Positions 48,388 through 57,390 of a stretch of DNA of 64,000 nucleotides are shown here, piece after piece. Each line of letters begins with the position of its first letter. Position 1 is the first letter of the stretch. The notes beneath the pieces are model-generated. The model searched no databases. It was given only the letters and a program-made list of their open reading frames with translations, and was not told the origin of the DNA. The position numbers were made by a program, and so were the translations under genes. Source of the DNA: Bacillales bacterium (GTDB lineage Bacteria; Bacillota; Bacilli; Bacillales; JAVBJX01). The DNA is taken from contig JAVBJX010000004.1 of the NCBI GenBank assembly GCA_031546705.1, forward strand, positions 1,792 through 65,791, read 5' to 3'.

Positions 48388-48424
48388 AGGTCATGGCATG
48401 ATAAGCTGTGACCTTATTTTTTTG
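48388..48424 (+). terminator. Terminator after the ogt-adaA-DUF1848 operon
   Basis: AGGTCATGGC / GCTGTGACCT imperfect stem followed by TATTTTTTT. Confidence 0.65.
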
Positions 48425-48483
48425 CTTTTTATTTCGTCGAACTCACGTTAAAATATCATATCAAATCCAGATGGTTCACTCCA

Positions 48484-48657
48484 GAAAAAGAGCTATGAAT
48501 GCTTTTAAATCACATGTAGGACTCTGATTTTCTGATGGTTACCTTCTTCACTACTTCTGCGATAATCCTCTCCACTAATGGAAGCACTATTTTTTCGCAT
48601 TTTCTCACTCTATTTTTTATCTTACATTTACATTCAGTTTACATAGTGAGATTATAA
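48484..48657 (+). repeat. Intergenic element Y (homologous to 43367-43535), ends in a promoter
   Basis: Same ordered blocks as X. Contains three TTACAT direct repeats (48622-48645) just upstream of TATAAT (48652-57), in front of the ABC transporter. Confidence 0.6.
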
Positions 48658-48703
48658 TAAGGACACAAGTTAGAAAATGTGTCAAGGAAAGGAGGAAAGT
48701 ATC

Positions 48704-49609
48704 ATGATTGACACACAACATCTAACAAAACATTATGGGGATGTACATTCTGTTAGTGACCTGTCCTTATCTGTAGGAAAAGGAGAAATTTATGGTTTTC
48801 TTGGACTGAATGGTGCGGGAAAAACAACAACGATTCGGATGCTGCTTGGAATGATCCGCCCAACGTCAGGAACGGCTTTTTTAAATGGAGAAAAGGTGGA
48901 TGCAGGAAATACAGCTCTTTGGAATAAGGTTGGTTATCTTGTGGAAGTTCCGTATGCTTATCCTGATTTAACTGTGTATGAGAACTTAAAAATTATTTGT
49001 CGTCTGCGTCAGTTATCAGAAACTTCTATTGATATAGTGATTGATAAATTACAGTTAGGTACATACAAACACCGCAAAGCAAAAAATTTATCTCTTGGAA
49101 ATGGTCAGCGGCTTGGGCTTGCGAAAGCGTTGATTCATCGGCCATCTATTTTAATTTTGGATGAGCCGTCTAATGGTTTGGATCCTTCGGGAATTGCTTA
49201 TCTTCGGGAACTCTTAGAAGACCTTGCTGAAAACCATGGTGTAACTATTTTTATTTCTAGCCATATTTTGGGAGAAATATCAAAGCTCGCTACTCGAATG
49301 GGAATGATTCATGAAGGACGACTGATTCAAGAAATAAATGCAAGTGAACTACATAACCATCTGCAGAAAAAAGTACTTGTTGATGCGATTCATAAAGAAA
49401 TAGCTTATGAAAAACTTTTTGAGGCTGGATTTAAAGTGAAGACTAGAGAAGATGGACTCTTAGAAATGATGGATGAACGTGCGGTTTGTTATCCAGAACA
49501 GATTGCCACTATGTTAGTAAATGAACACGTTTCATTAACAAAGCTAAATGTAGAGGTAGAAGATTTGGAATCGTATTTTCTTAGAATGATAGGAGCCCCT
49601 AAAAAATGA
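48704..49609 (+). CDS. ABC transporter ATP-binding protein (ABC-2 exporter type)
   Basis: ORF 48677-49609; ATG 48704 follows AAGGAGGAAA. GLNGAGKTT, LSLGNGQRLGLA, ILILDEPSNGLD. Confidence 0.9.
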   Translation: MIDTQHLTKHYGDVHSVSDLSLSVGKGEIYGFLGLNGAGKTTTIRMLLGMIRPTSGTAFLNGEKVDAGNTALWNKVGYLVEVPYAYPDLTVYENLKIICRLRQLSETSIDIVIDKLQLGTYKHRKAKNLSLGNGQRLGLAKALIHRPSILILDEPSNGLDPSGIAYLRELLEDLAENHGVTIFISSHILGEISKLATRMGMIHEGRLIQEINASELHNHLQKKVLVDAIHKEIAYEKLFEAGFKVKTREDGLLEMMDERAVCYPEQIATMLVNEHVSLTKLNVEVEDLESYFLRMIGAPKK

Positions 49610-50379
49610 AAGATATACTGTGGGCAGAAATATTAAAAATTCGTCGTTCAAAAGTTTTCTGGATTATTCTTATTGCTTTCTCTGTTATGCCTGTGATGAT
49701 GGGGTTTATTATGTTTGTGATGAAAGATCCAGAGCTTGCGAAAAGTGCTGGATTAATGGGGAAAAAGGCTTCGTTGCAAGGGAATGCTGATTGGCAAACA
49801 TATTTAGGGATGTTGGCACAATTAATTTCTATTGGTGGCGTTGTTGGATTTGGATTTATTACGAGTTGGGTGTTTGGTCGGGAATATGCAGAGCGGACAA
49901 TGAAAGATTTATTGGCGTTGCCGATTTCGAGAATTTCGATTGTATGGGCAAAGTTTATCGCCATATGTATGTGGTGTTTGTTTCTAACGTGTATGATTTT
50001 TGCTTTAGGAATGACAATAGGTGCACTTATTCAGTTAGATGGATTTACAAATGAGATTTTACAAGATAGTATGGTTACCTTTTTTGTATCTGCTCTGCTT
50101 GTTATTTTATTATGTCCACCAGTTGCTTTTTTTGCTAGTTTTGGAGGTGGATATTTGTCGCCAATTGGCTTTGTAATTTTGGCAGTCATTGTTGCTCAAG
50201 TGGCAGGGGCAGTTGGATTTGGTGATTATTTTCCATGGGCAATTCCTGCATTGTATAGTGGAGCAGCAGGAGCAGAAAATGCCAAGCTAGAAATGATTAG
50301 TTTTGTAATTTTATTTATGACAAGTGTGATTGGAGTTATAAACACATTGATATGGTGGAGATATGCAGATCACCATTAA
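49606..50379 (+). CDS. ABC-2 family transporter permease
   Basis: 257-aa six-TM-like ORF overlapping the ATPase stop by 4 nt. Confidence 0.8.
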   Translation: MKDILWAEILKIRRSKVFWIILIAFSVMPVMMGFIMFVMKDPELAKSAGLMGKKASLQGNADWQTYLGMLAQLISIGGVVGFGFITSWVFGREYAERTMKDLLALPISRISIVWAKFIAICMWCLFLTCMIFALGMTIGALIQLDGFTNEILQDSMVTFFVSALLVILLCPPVAFFASFGGGYLSPIGFVILAVIVAQVAGAVGFGDYFPWAIPALYSGAAGAENAKLEMISFVILFMTSVIGVINTLIWWRYADHH

Positions 50380-50476
50380 ATTGTCTATAAGTCTAAAGCC
50401 TTTGATATAATACATCTTCGGTAGGTGGAGAACACTATTTATTACTGATAAGATGAAAAAAAGAAAGGAATCATTT

Positions 50477-50623
50477 GTGAAAAAGAAATCAATTGCAAAA
50501 GCGGTGTTAATGATAGGATTATTTGGTGGAATGGTAATGATGCCAGAAACGGTTTCGCCAAAAATAGTAGAAGTAGCAACGCAAGACAAATTGAAGAAGA
50601 AACGAGGAAGTTTAAAACGTTAG
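50477..50623 (+). CDS. Small (48-56 aa) membrane/leader peptide ORF preceding MFS pump
   Basis: Own translation: GTG 50477 follows AAAGGAA (or in-frame ATG 50453). KKKSIAKAVLMIGLFGGMVMMPETVSPK..KLKKKRGSLKR. TGATATAAT extended -10 at 50403-11. Ends 18 nt before the MFS start. Confidence 0.35.
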   Translation: MKKKSIAKAVLMIGLFGGMVMMPETVSPKIVEVATQDKLKKKRGSLKR

Positions 50624-50641
50624 AAAAAGGGGAGATTTACT

Positions 50642-52180
50642 TTGGAAGCAGTAGTAGAAAAACAAGCAGGTACACAAAATAATAGAATGTTAGTTATTAT
50701 TGGTCTTATTATTGGTCTTATTTTTTCAGAATTAGATGAGCAAGTGGTAGCAACGGCAATGCCAACAATTATTCGTGATCTTGGTGGATTGTCGATGTAT
50801 GGTTGGGTTAGTGGTGTATATATGTTGACAATGACAGCATTTATGCCAATTACAGGAAAGTTAGCGGATTTGTACGGAAGAAGAGTTGTTTACTTATGTT
50901 GTATGGGACTTTTTATTGGTGGATCTATTTTTAGTGGATTATCTCTTTCTATGCCGATGTTAATTATTGGTCGAGGAATTCAAGGAATGGGTGCAGGGGG
51001 ATTAATGCCGCTTGCAATGACTATCTCTGGTGATTTATTTCCAGTAGAACAACGTGCGAAGTTACAAGCATTTATGGGACCAATTATGTTTGTGCCTATA
51101 TTACTCGGACCTTTAATGGGTGGATTCTTTGTTGAGCACGCAAGTTGGCATTGGATTTTCTTTATAAATATTCCAGTTGGTTTAATCGCAGCAGCATTTA
51201 TAGCTATGGGACTACGTGAATCAAAAGGAGTAGCAAATCCTTCGATTGACTGGTTTGGATCATTCCTCTTGATTTCGGCTATTGTTTCGATGTTAATTAC
51301 ACCAGTTTTAGTAGAAAATCAAGGATACACATGGCATTCACCACTTATTATTGGGCTATTAGTTCTTGGTGCAGTGCTTACAGGGATTTTTATTTGGGTT
51401 GAATCAAAGGTAAAAGAACCAATTATTCCACTGCATTTATTTAAAAATCGTAATGTTGCGGTGATGTCGCTTCTTTTATTTACAGTTGGAATGGGACTTA
51501 TGGGATCATTTTCTGCTTTCCCATTGTATTCACAAACCGTACTCGGACTTTCACCAACAAAAGCGGGATATATGTTTTTACCGTTGATGATTGGACTTAT
51601 GGCAATGGCAATAGTGTGTAGCTTTTTTATTACAAAAGTTCGTTATCGTGAATTATTTGCATTCTCTTTTCTTGTACCAATTGTTGGGTTTTATTTATTC
51701 ACAACGGTTACTGTTGAGACTTCAATCATCACCATTATCGCTTATTTCTTTGTGATTGGTTTGGGTATGGGACCAATGTTTGGTGGAGATAATTTGATTG
51801 TTCAAGAGTCTGTGGATAAAGAAAATGCTGGGACTGCCTTAGCAACTGTCCAATTGTTTCAAGCACTTGGCATGACAGTTGGAGTGAGTGTATTTGGAAA
51901 TATATTAGCTTCTTCCATAACTGATAAAATGGCGGGGATTGCAAGTAAACTTCCATCGAATATGTCGCCAGATATGAAAACATTATTAGGCGGTGCAAAA
52001 TTACCTGCAGAAATAGCAACACAAGTGAAAACAATTATTGTTGAATCATTCACACATATATATTCCATGGCGTTTATTATGGCTATTGTGGCATTTGTGA
52101 TTTGTTGGTTTTTGAAGAAAGAAGTATTAAGTGTGAAGAAGGAAGATGAGAAAGAGAAAGTAGAAGTTTCTTCATTATAG
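50642..52180 (+). CDS. MFS drug:H+ antiporter, 14-TM EmrB/QacA type
   Basis: 512 aa; TTG start follows AAAGGGGAG. ..G.LADLYGRR.. motif A and GRGIQGMGAGG. Confidence 0.85.
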   Translation: MEAVVEKQAGTQNNRMLVIIGLIIGLIFSELDEQVVATAMPTIIRDLGGLSMYGWVSGVYMLTMTAFMPITGKLADLYGRRVVYLCCMGLFIGGSIFSGLSLSMPMLIIGRGIQGMGAGGLMPLAMTISGDLFPVEQRAKLQAFMGPIMFVPILLGPLMGGFFVEHASWHWIFFINIPVGLIAAAFIAMGLRESKGVANPSIDWFGSFLLISAIVSMLITPVLVENQGYTWHSPLIIGLLVLGAVLTGIFIWVESKVKEPIIPLHLFKNRNVAVMSLLLFTVGMGLMGSFSAFPLYSQTVLGLSPTKAGYMFLPLMIGLMAMAIVCSFFITKVRYRELFAFSFLVPIVGFYLFTTVTVETSIITIIAYFFVIGLGMGPMFGGDNLIVQESVDKENAGTALATVQLFQALGMTVGVSVFGNILASSITDKMAGIASKLPSNMSPDMKTLLGGAKLPAEIATQVKTIIVESFTHIYSMAFIMAIVAFVICWFLKKEVLSVKKEDEKEKVEVSSL

Positions 52181-52195
52181 TGATAAGAGTAACGT

Positions 52196-52276
52196 ATGTT
52201 TGAATGATTTTTAGTCAAACGCTACATGAGTATGGAATAATCGGGGTGTTTTTTACCCTGTTTGTCCCATACTCAT
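52196..52276 (+). repeat. Possible degenerate third copy of the two-hairpin element / terminator after MFS gene
   Basis: ATGAGTATGGAATAATCGGGGTGTTTTTTACCCTGTTTGTCCCATACTCAT resembles hairpin 2 of copies A and B (AATCGGGGT core). Confidence 0.4.
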
Positions 52277-52349
52277 TTCTTTAGAGTTTTTTTCTTGTTC
52301 ATTTTTATGCCCATTTCAATAGAGAAACTTCCACTAATTTTCTTTTCAT

Positions 52350-52465
52350 GTCTATATAGACGGCAAAAAAGATTTTAATTGATTTAAAACTATTTGTATC
52401 GAACATGAATAGTTCCAAGATTTATATTTTTGCCTAACTGAAAACAATATTACCGTCTATATAGT
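52350..52465. promoter_or_regulatory. Two copies of palindromic site GTCTATATAGAC ~100 nt apart in a long AT-rich leader
   Basis: GTCTATATAGACGG (52350-63) and CCGTCTATATAG (52453-64). The core TCTATATAGA is self-complementary, and the two sites are inverted relative to each other. Confidence 0.45.
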
Positions 52466-52641
52466 TTATTATATTTAAGAAAATTTCTATTCAAAAATTT
52501 TCTTAAACAAGGTATACTGAAAGAAAAGATACTATAAGTCTATCTTATTGGAATATAATAGTTTTAAAAATTGTTTATAATTTCTGTAGCCATTGAATAT
52601 TTTGTGGATGAAAAAACAGGTAAAGAAGGTGTTTGGATAGT

Positions 52642-54672
52642 ATGGATGCTAGTTATTTACTTAATACGTTATTACAGGATACTAATTCCCTGTGGATTAT
52701 CTGGAAAAGTGATTTATCTTATATAGATTTTAATGTGTATATGAAAAATACAGTTGACAAAACAGTGAATCCATTAGATAAGACATTTCTCAAACGACTA
52801 TTTGGAGAGTTTGAAGATATTTATGAAGCTGTTTGGAAACTTAATAAAGAGAAGAAGTTTCATGTTATTAAAATGACCAATGGCACAGAGCATCACATTT
52901 TATTTCAAACGATGGTTTTAGAGAAGACAGGGAATACTTCTACATTTTTGTCAGTCGGAACAGATATGACAGAAGTTGTGATTTTACGACAAGCATTAAT
53001 AAATAAAAAACAAATGCTTACGGATATGGAAGAAAGATATAATTTATCGTTAGAAGAGGCTGATTTAGGAATTATGATATTTGATTTAGAAGGTTTTCTT
53101 GTTTATATTTCAGAAAATTCAAGGGGATTACTAGGGATTGATAAAAAATATGATATTTCCATTATGGATATTCATTTACAAATACATTTAGATGAGCGTG
53201 ATGGAAATCTTTTCCAGTTGAGTCAATTGTTAAAAGGTACAATTGAAATATTTGCTTCTGAATATCGTCTTTTAGTTAATAACATATATCGTCATTTTTC
53301 TTTTAAGTTCAAAAATGTTCGAGATGAAAAAGGAAATATACTGAGAGTTACAGTTGTATTTTTTGATATAACTGCTCAAAAAGAAATGGATGAACTCATT
53401 AATAAACGAACATTTGAAGACGAATTAACTGATCTTCCAAATAGACGAAAATTTTTAATTGATGGGGAACGAATCATTGAAACAACAAACCAAAAAATTA
53501 GCCTTATTTATTTTGATTTAGACAGCTTCCAAATTATGAATAATTTACATGGCTATGGTTATGGGGATGAGATTCTTAAAAATGTGGCAAAAGTTATTTC
53601 TGAAATACTAGAAGAAAATACGTTATTTGCAAGACTAGGTGGAGATGATTTTGTTATATTAATAACTGGTAAAAACGAAATGGAAATTGAAGAATTTGTG
53701 ATTCAATTAAATGAAGCTATTGTGAAAATGGAGACTTCTAATCAAAAAGATGTCATAAGCATCAGTGTAGGTATTAGTCTATCTGTAAATAAAAGAGATA
53801 TTGCTACGTTGTTGGCTGAAGCAACGATGGCTGTTGGAGTTGCTAAAACTGATCAGAACAAATTTTATCGTTTTTATGATGAAGCAACAAAAAATTTAGC
53901 TATTGAGAAAGAGATATTAAAAAAAGAATTGCTAGTAGCATATGAAAAAAAACAATTTACTATTTACTATCAGCCGAAATTTTCGTTTGCTGAACGTAAG
54001 TTAGCTGGAGCAGAAGCACTCATTCGTTGGGTTCATCCCAAAAAAGGTTTAGTTCCGCCTAATCTTTTTATTCCCGTTGCGGAGGGAATGGGGCTGATTA
54101 CCAAAATAGATGAGTGGGTCATGAGGGAAGTCTGTAGACAAAATAAACAATGGCAAGATTTAGGAATTCCGCCAATTAAGATTTCTGTCAATATTTCTCA
54201 AGCACAATTTTATCATACAGATATTTTAGCAACGATTCAAAGTACGTTAAAAGAGACTGACTTATCAGCAGAATATTTAGAGATTGAATTGACAGAAACA
54301 ATGGCGATGCAAAATATACAAACAACGGTTGAAACACTAGAAAAAATTAAAGAATTAGGTGTTAGTGTTTCTATGGATGATTTTGGTACAGGTTATTCTT
54401 CACTTAATTCGCTCAAAATACTTCCGTTAGACACACTAAAAATCGATAGAAGCCTTATTATAGATGTGGAAACAAATGAGTTATCAAGAGAGATTGTTCG
54501 TTCAATTATCAATCTTGCCAAAATTATGAAGCTAAAGACGGTAGCCGAAGGTATTGAAACGGATGAACAAAGCAACTCTTTAAAACAAATTGGTTGTGAT
54601 TTGGCACAGGGATATTATTATGGAAAGCCAGAGTCAAGTGAGAAGTTTTTGAGTTTCTATAGCAATATTTAA
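52642..54672 (+). CDS. PAS - degenerate GGDEF (GGDDF) - EAL protein, likely c-di-GMP phosphodiesterase
   Basis: ORF 52633-54672; ATG 52642 follows AAGAAGGTG. RLGGDDFVIL in place of GG[DE]EF. EAL motifs intact: EALIRW, DDFGTGYSSL, KIDRSLI, EGIET, QGYYYGKP. Confidence 0.88.
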   Translation: MDASYLLNTLLQDTNSLWIIWKSDLSYIDFNVYMKNTVDKTVNPLDKTFLKRLFGEFEDIYEAVWKLNKEKKFHVIKMTNGTEHHILFQTMVLEKTGNTSTFLSVGTDMTEVVILRQALINKKQMLTDMEERYNLSLEEADLGIMIFDLEGFLVYISENSRGLLGIDKKYDISIMDIHLQIHLDERDGNLFQLSQLLKGTIEIFASEYRLLVNNIYRHFSFKFKNVRDEKGNILRVTVVFFDITAQKEMDELINKRTFEDELTDLPNRRKFLIDGERIIETTNQKISLIYFDLDSFQIMNNLHGYGYGDEILKNVAKVISEILEENTLFARLGGDDFVILITGKNEMEIEEFVIQLNEAIVKMETSNQKDVISISVGISLSVNKRDIATLLAEATMAVGVAKTDQNKFYRFYDEATKNLAIEKEILKKELLVAYEKKQFTIYYQPKFSFAERKLAGAEALIRWVHPKKGLVPPNLFIPVAEGMGLITKIDEWVMREVCRQNKQWQDLGIPPIKISVNISQAQFYHTDILATIQSTLKETDLSAEYLEIELTETMAMQNIQTTVETLEKIKELGVSVSMDDFGTGYSSLNSLKILPLDTLKIDRSLIIDVETNELSREIVRSIINLAKIMKLKTVAEGIETDEQSNSLKQIGCDLAQGYYYGKPESSEKFLSFYSNI

Positions 54673-54676
54673 TTTA

Positions 54677-55072
54677 GTGTATAAAGCCTCAAAATTTGCT
54701 TTGTGGTACATGGATATGATAAAAGGAGATCTTTTAAATCCATCTAACACATTTCAATGGTCACAGGAATTTAGAGATATGCTAGGTTTTACTGATGAGA
54801 CAGATTTTCCTAATATTTTCAGTAGTTGGATTAACAGATTACACCCAGAGGACCTAGATGAGACACTAATAAAGGTTAGTGCTCATGTTCTATAACAGGT
54901 AAGACACCATTTGACACCAGTGTACAGGCTAAAGAAGAATGGGATGTATAGCTATTTTCACGCCTATGGATCGACAATAAGAGATGAGGAAGGCTATGCC
55001 CTTAGAACGGCAGGTGCACTAGAGGAGATAAGTGAAGAAACAGCAAAAAAATTAAAAACGAAGTTGAATTAA
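54677..55072 (+). pseudogene. Remnant of a PAS-domain sensor gene (frameshifted, no output domain)
   Basis: Track ORF 54677-54895 (..ALWYMDM..W..EFR.MLGF......F..W...LHPED). Continues in other frames as TGKTPFD / YRLKKNGMYSYFHAYGSTIRDEEGYALRTAGALEEISE, stop 55070-72. Confidence 0.55.
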
Positions 55073-55166
55073 TTATACATATATTCGATAGTGTTTGTGA
55101 TTTGTTAGTTTTTGAAGAAAGAGGATAGGTGGAAACCTCAATTTTAACAGAAAAGGAGCAACAATT

Positions 55167-55550
55167 ATGCTACACCACATTGAAATCTATGTAGCCAACA
55201 TTAAAAAGACTAGTATCTTTTGGAATTGGCTTCTAACAGAGTTAGGCTATGAAAGCTACCAAAAATGGGAATCTGGGATAAGCTTTAAATATAAAGGAAC
55301 ATATATTGTATTTGTTCAAGTAGAAGAACGATTTGCGAATAATTCGTACCATCGCTGTAATATAGGCTTAAATCATCTAGCTTTTCATGCAATATCAAGA
55401 GAGCATGTAGATGAAATGACGTTGAAATTGCAAGAAAAAGAAGTACGAATTTTATATCTGGATAAGCATCCGTATGCTGGTGGGGAAAACTATTATGCTG
55501 TTTTCTTTGAAGATCCAGATAGAATAAAAGTAGAATTAGTAGCACCATAA
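55167..55550 (+). CDS. VOC/glyoxalase-family protein
   Basis: 127 aa. MLHHIEIYV.., ..LNHLAF.., ..YAVFFEDPDRIKVELV. Confidence 0.75.
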   Translation: MLHHIEIYVANIKKTSIFWNWLLTELGYESYQKWESGISFKYKGTYIVFVQVEERFANNSYHRCNIGLNHLAFHAISREHVDEMTLKLQEKEVRILYLDKHPYAGGENYYAVFFEDPDRIKVELVAP

Positions 55551-55580
55551 TAAAAGCGGCCTCCTAAAAGAGAGCCGCTT

Positions 55581-56117
55581 TTATTGTAACTTTCTCCATT
55601 CACTCTGCAAAATTCCCATATAAATTAAGTCGTATTTTTCTCCATTACGAAGAACGCCTTCACGAACGATTCCCTCATGAACAAAACCAACTTTTTCATA
55701 ACAACGAATTGCTCCGTAATTATTAGACATCACCCGTAAGCCAACTCGATTAAAATTCAGTTCATCAAAGGCATAACGAATAACGGCTTTTGTGGCTTCC
55801 GTACCGTATCCTTTATTTCGATATTTTGACTCCCCAAGTCCAATAGTTAAATAGGCAGATTGGTTATTCCATTCCATATTATAGAAACTGGCATAACCAA
55901 TAAATATATCGCTGTGAAGTAAGCGGATACCCCATTTAATACTAGATGTATCTGCTTGAAATTCTGCACGAAAATAAGTTGCGGTTCGTGGCATGGCATA
56001 ATCTGTATCTAGACTTTGAAAAAATTCAGAGTCTTCACTCCAACGAGCGAACATATCCATATCTTGCATCGTTAAGGCAGCAAGGCGAATACGTTCTGTT
56101 TTAAATAAATTTTTCAT
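55581..56117 (-). CDS. GNAT N-acetyltransferase (RimJ/RimL-like)
   Basis: 178 aa. ..YRNKGYGTEA....I.YAF.ELN..R..L.V...N..AI..YEK.GF..EG. Confidence 0.8.
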   Translation of the reverse strand: MKNLFKTERIRLAALTMQDMDMFARWSEDSEFFQSLDTDYAMPRTATYFRAEFQADTSSIKWGIRLLHSDIFIGYASFYNMEWNNQSAYLTIGLGESKYRNKGYGTEATKAVIRYAFDELNFNRVGLRVMSNNYGAIRCYEKVGFVHEGIVREGVLRNGEKYDLIYMGILQSEWRKLQ

Positions 56118-56125
56118 TTTTTCAC

Positions 56126-56569
56126 CTACACTTTAAATTCTTCACGAAATATTTCCATGTAGTGTTCTGGTTCTTCTAATTTATGAAACCCGAAATCTGC
56201 ATAAAATGATTGGGCATTTTCTGTACGTAAATTAATTCTAGGTATTGAACAAATATCTGGATGTCTCATAACACATTTCATCATCCATGAACCAAGTTTT
56301 TGACCACGGTAATCTTCATCAATGAAGAAGTCACACAAATAAGCGAATGTTGCTCCATCAGTCACGACACGAGCAAACCCAATTTGAACATCATCTGTAG
56401 ATAAGGAAAAACAAAGCGAGTGGTCGAATGATTTTTCCATTCTTTCTCGTGAACGATCGCTTGCCCAATAAGACTTTTTTAAATGTCGAAAAACAGCATT
56501 AACATCCACATCTGATCTGCGTGTGGAAATAATAAATGCATCATTTACATATACTTCATCCGTAAACAT
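56126..56569 (-). CDS. GNAT N-acetyltransferase
   Basis: 147 aa. ..FIDEDYRGQKLGSWMMKCV.. acetyl-CoA-binding motif. Confidence 0.75.
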   Translation of the reverse strand: MFTDEVYVNDAFIISTRRSDVDVNAVFRHLKKSYWASDRSRERMEKSFDHSLCFSLSTDDVQIGFARVVTDGATFAYLCDFFIDEDYRGQKLGSWMMKCVMRHPDICSIPRINLRTENAQSFYADFGFHKLEEPEHYMEIFREEFKV

Positions 56570-56755
56570 GTGATTCTCCTTACTAACTATTTTTTATATA
56601 ATTGTAAATGCTAAAAAAGTATGTGTCTATAGAAAGAAAGGAGAAATTTAAAAATTTTTTTGAAAAACTATGTGCTAAATAAAAAATTAAGCAGGAAAAA
56701 GGTATTTCTATCTTGAATAATTCCTATAATGAAAAAAAGGAGGAGAAATAATTTT

Positions 56756-57145
56756 ATGAAAGAAACAAAAGAACGTGAAAAAAGAACGTCCAGTGGTTTT
56801 TTATTAACACAACGTGCGTTTCTCAAATTATATTTAATTACATTGACGGAGCAAGAAAGATTGTATGGACTCAAAATACTAGACTTAATTCGTCATGAGT
56901 TTAGTGAATTTGGTTATCGTCCAAATCATTCGGAAGTTTACAAAGCACTCCATGATTTAATCGAAGATGGTGTGTTATTACAAATAAAACGAAAAAAAGA
57001 GGGTATGAAATACCAAGAGGTTGTGTATTACACATTTCCAAGCGGTGGCTATGAGAAAGCACAGTTATACAAACGCCAACTAAAAACAGAATTGGATCGT
57101 TGTGAAGGACTTTTAAAAAAAGCAATTAAAGATAATTTTTCTTGA
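56756..57145 (+). CDS. PadR-like winged-helix transcriptional regulator
   Basis: ORF 56729-57145; ATG 56756 follows AAGGAGGAG. ..LYGLKILDLI......YRPNHSEVYKALHDLIEDGVL. Confidence 0.55.
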   Translation: MKETKEREKRTSSGFLLTQRAFLKLYLITLTEQERLYGLKILDLIRHEFSEFGYRPNHSEVYKALHDLIEDGVLLQIKRKKEGMKYQEVVYYTFPSGGYEKAQLYKRQLKTELDRCEGLLKKAIKDNFS

Positions 57146-57150
57146 GAAAA

Positions 57151-57178
57151 TGAAACTTTTTTTAGAGAAGTTCGTAAG
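57151..57178 (+). promoter_or_regulatory. Sigma-W (ECF)-type promoter of the ter/yce operon
   Basis: TGAAAC (57151-56), exactly 16-nt spacer, CGTAAG (57173-78). The B. subtilis sigma-W consensus is TGAAAC-N16-CGTA, and B. subtilis yceC is a known sigma-W/M/X target. Confidence 0.75.
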
Positions 57179-57390
57179 TATATGCGGAAGGCGGGAAAAT
57201 CGCAACTAATTGTGAACAAGTAAATTTAATTATCAAGATTGATTTACTATGTAAGTTGACACAAGGAGTTGGACCGTGCTTACAACCTTGTAATGCGTTG
57301 GGTAGCAGGTTCAAAATAAAAGGGGAATCATTTGGCTTTTGTCAAAATATACGATATTATGATTACACATAACGAAATGGAGGAAAAGAA

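Noticed and set aside
57179-57390. Looked for a yybP-ykoY (Mn) riboswitch or other known leader in the 212-nt ter-operon leader, since TerC genes often carry one
   Set aside because: I could not find the conserved GGGGAGUAG-type cores, and terC is the fourth gene here. A second sigma-A-like promoter (TTGGCT-17-TATTAT, ~57333-57361) may explain part of the leader.
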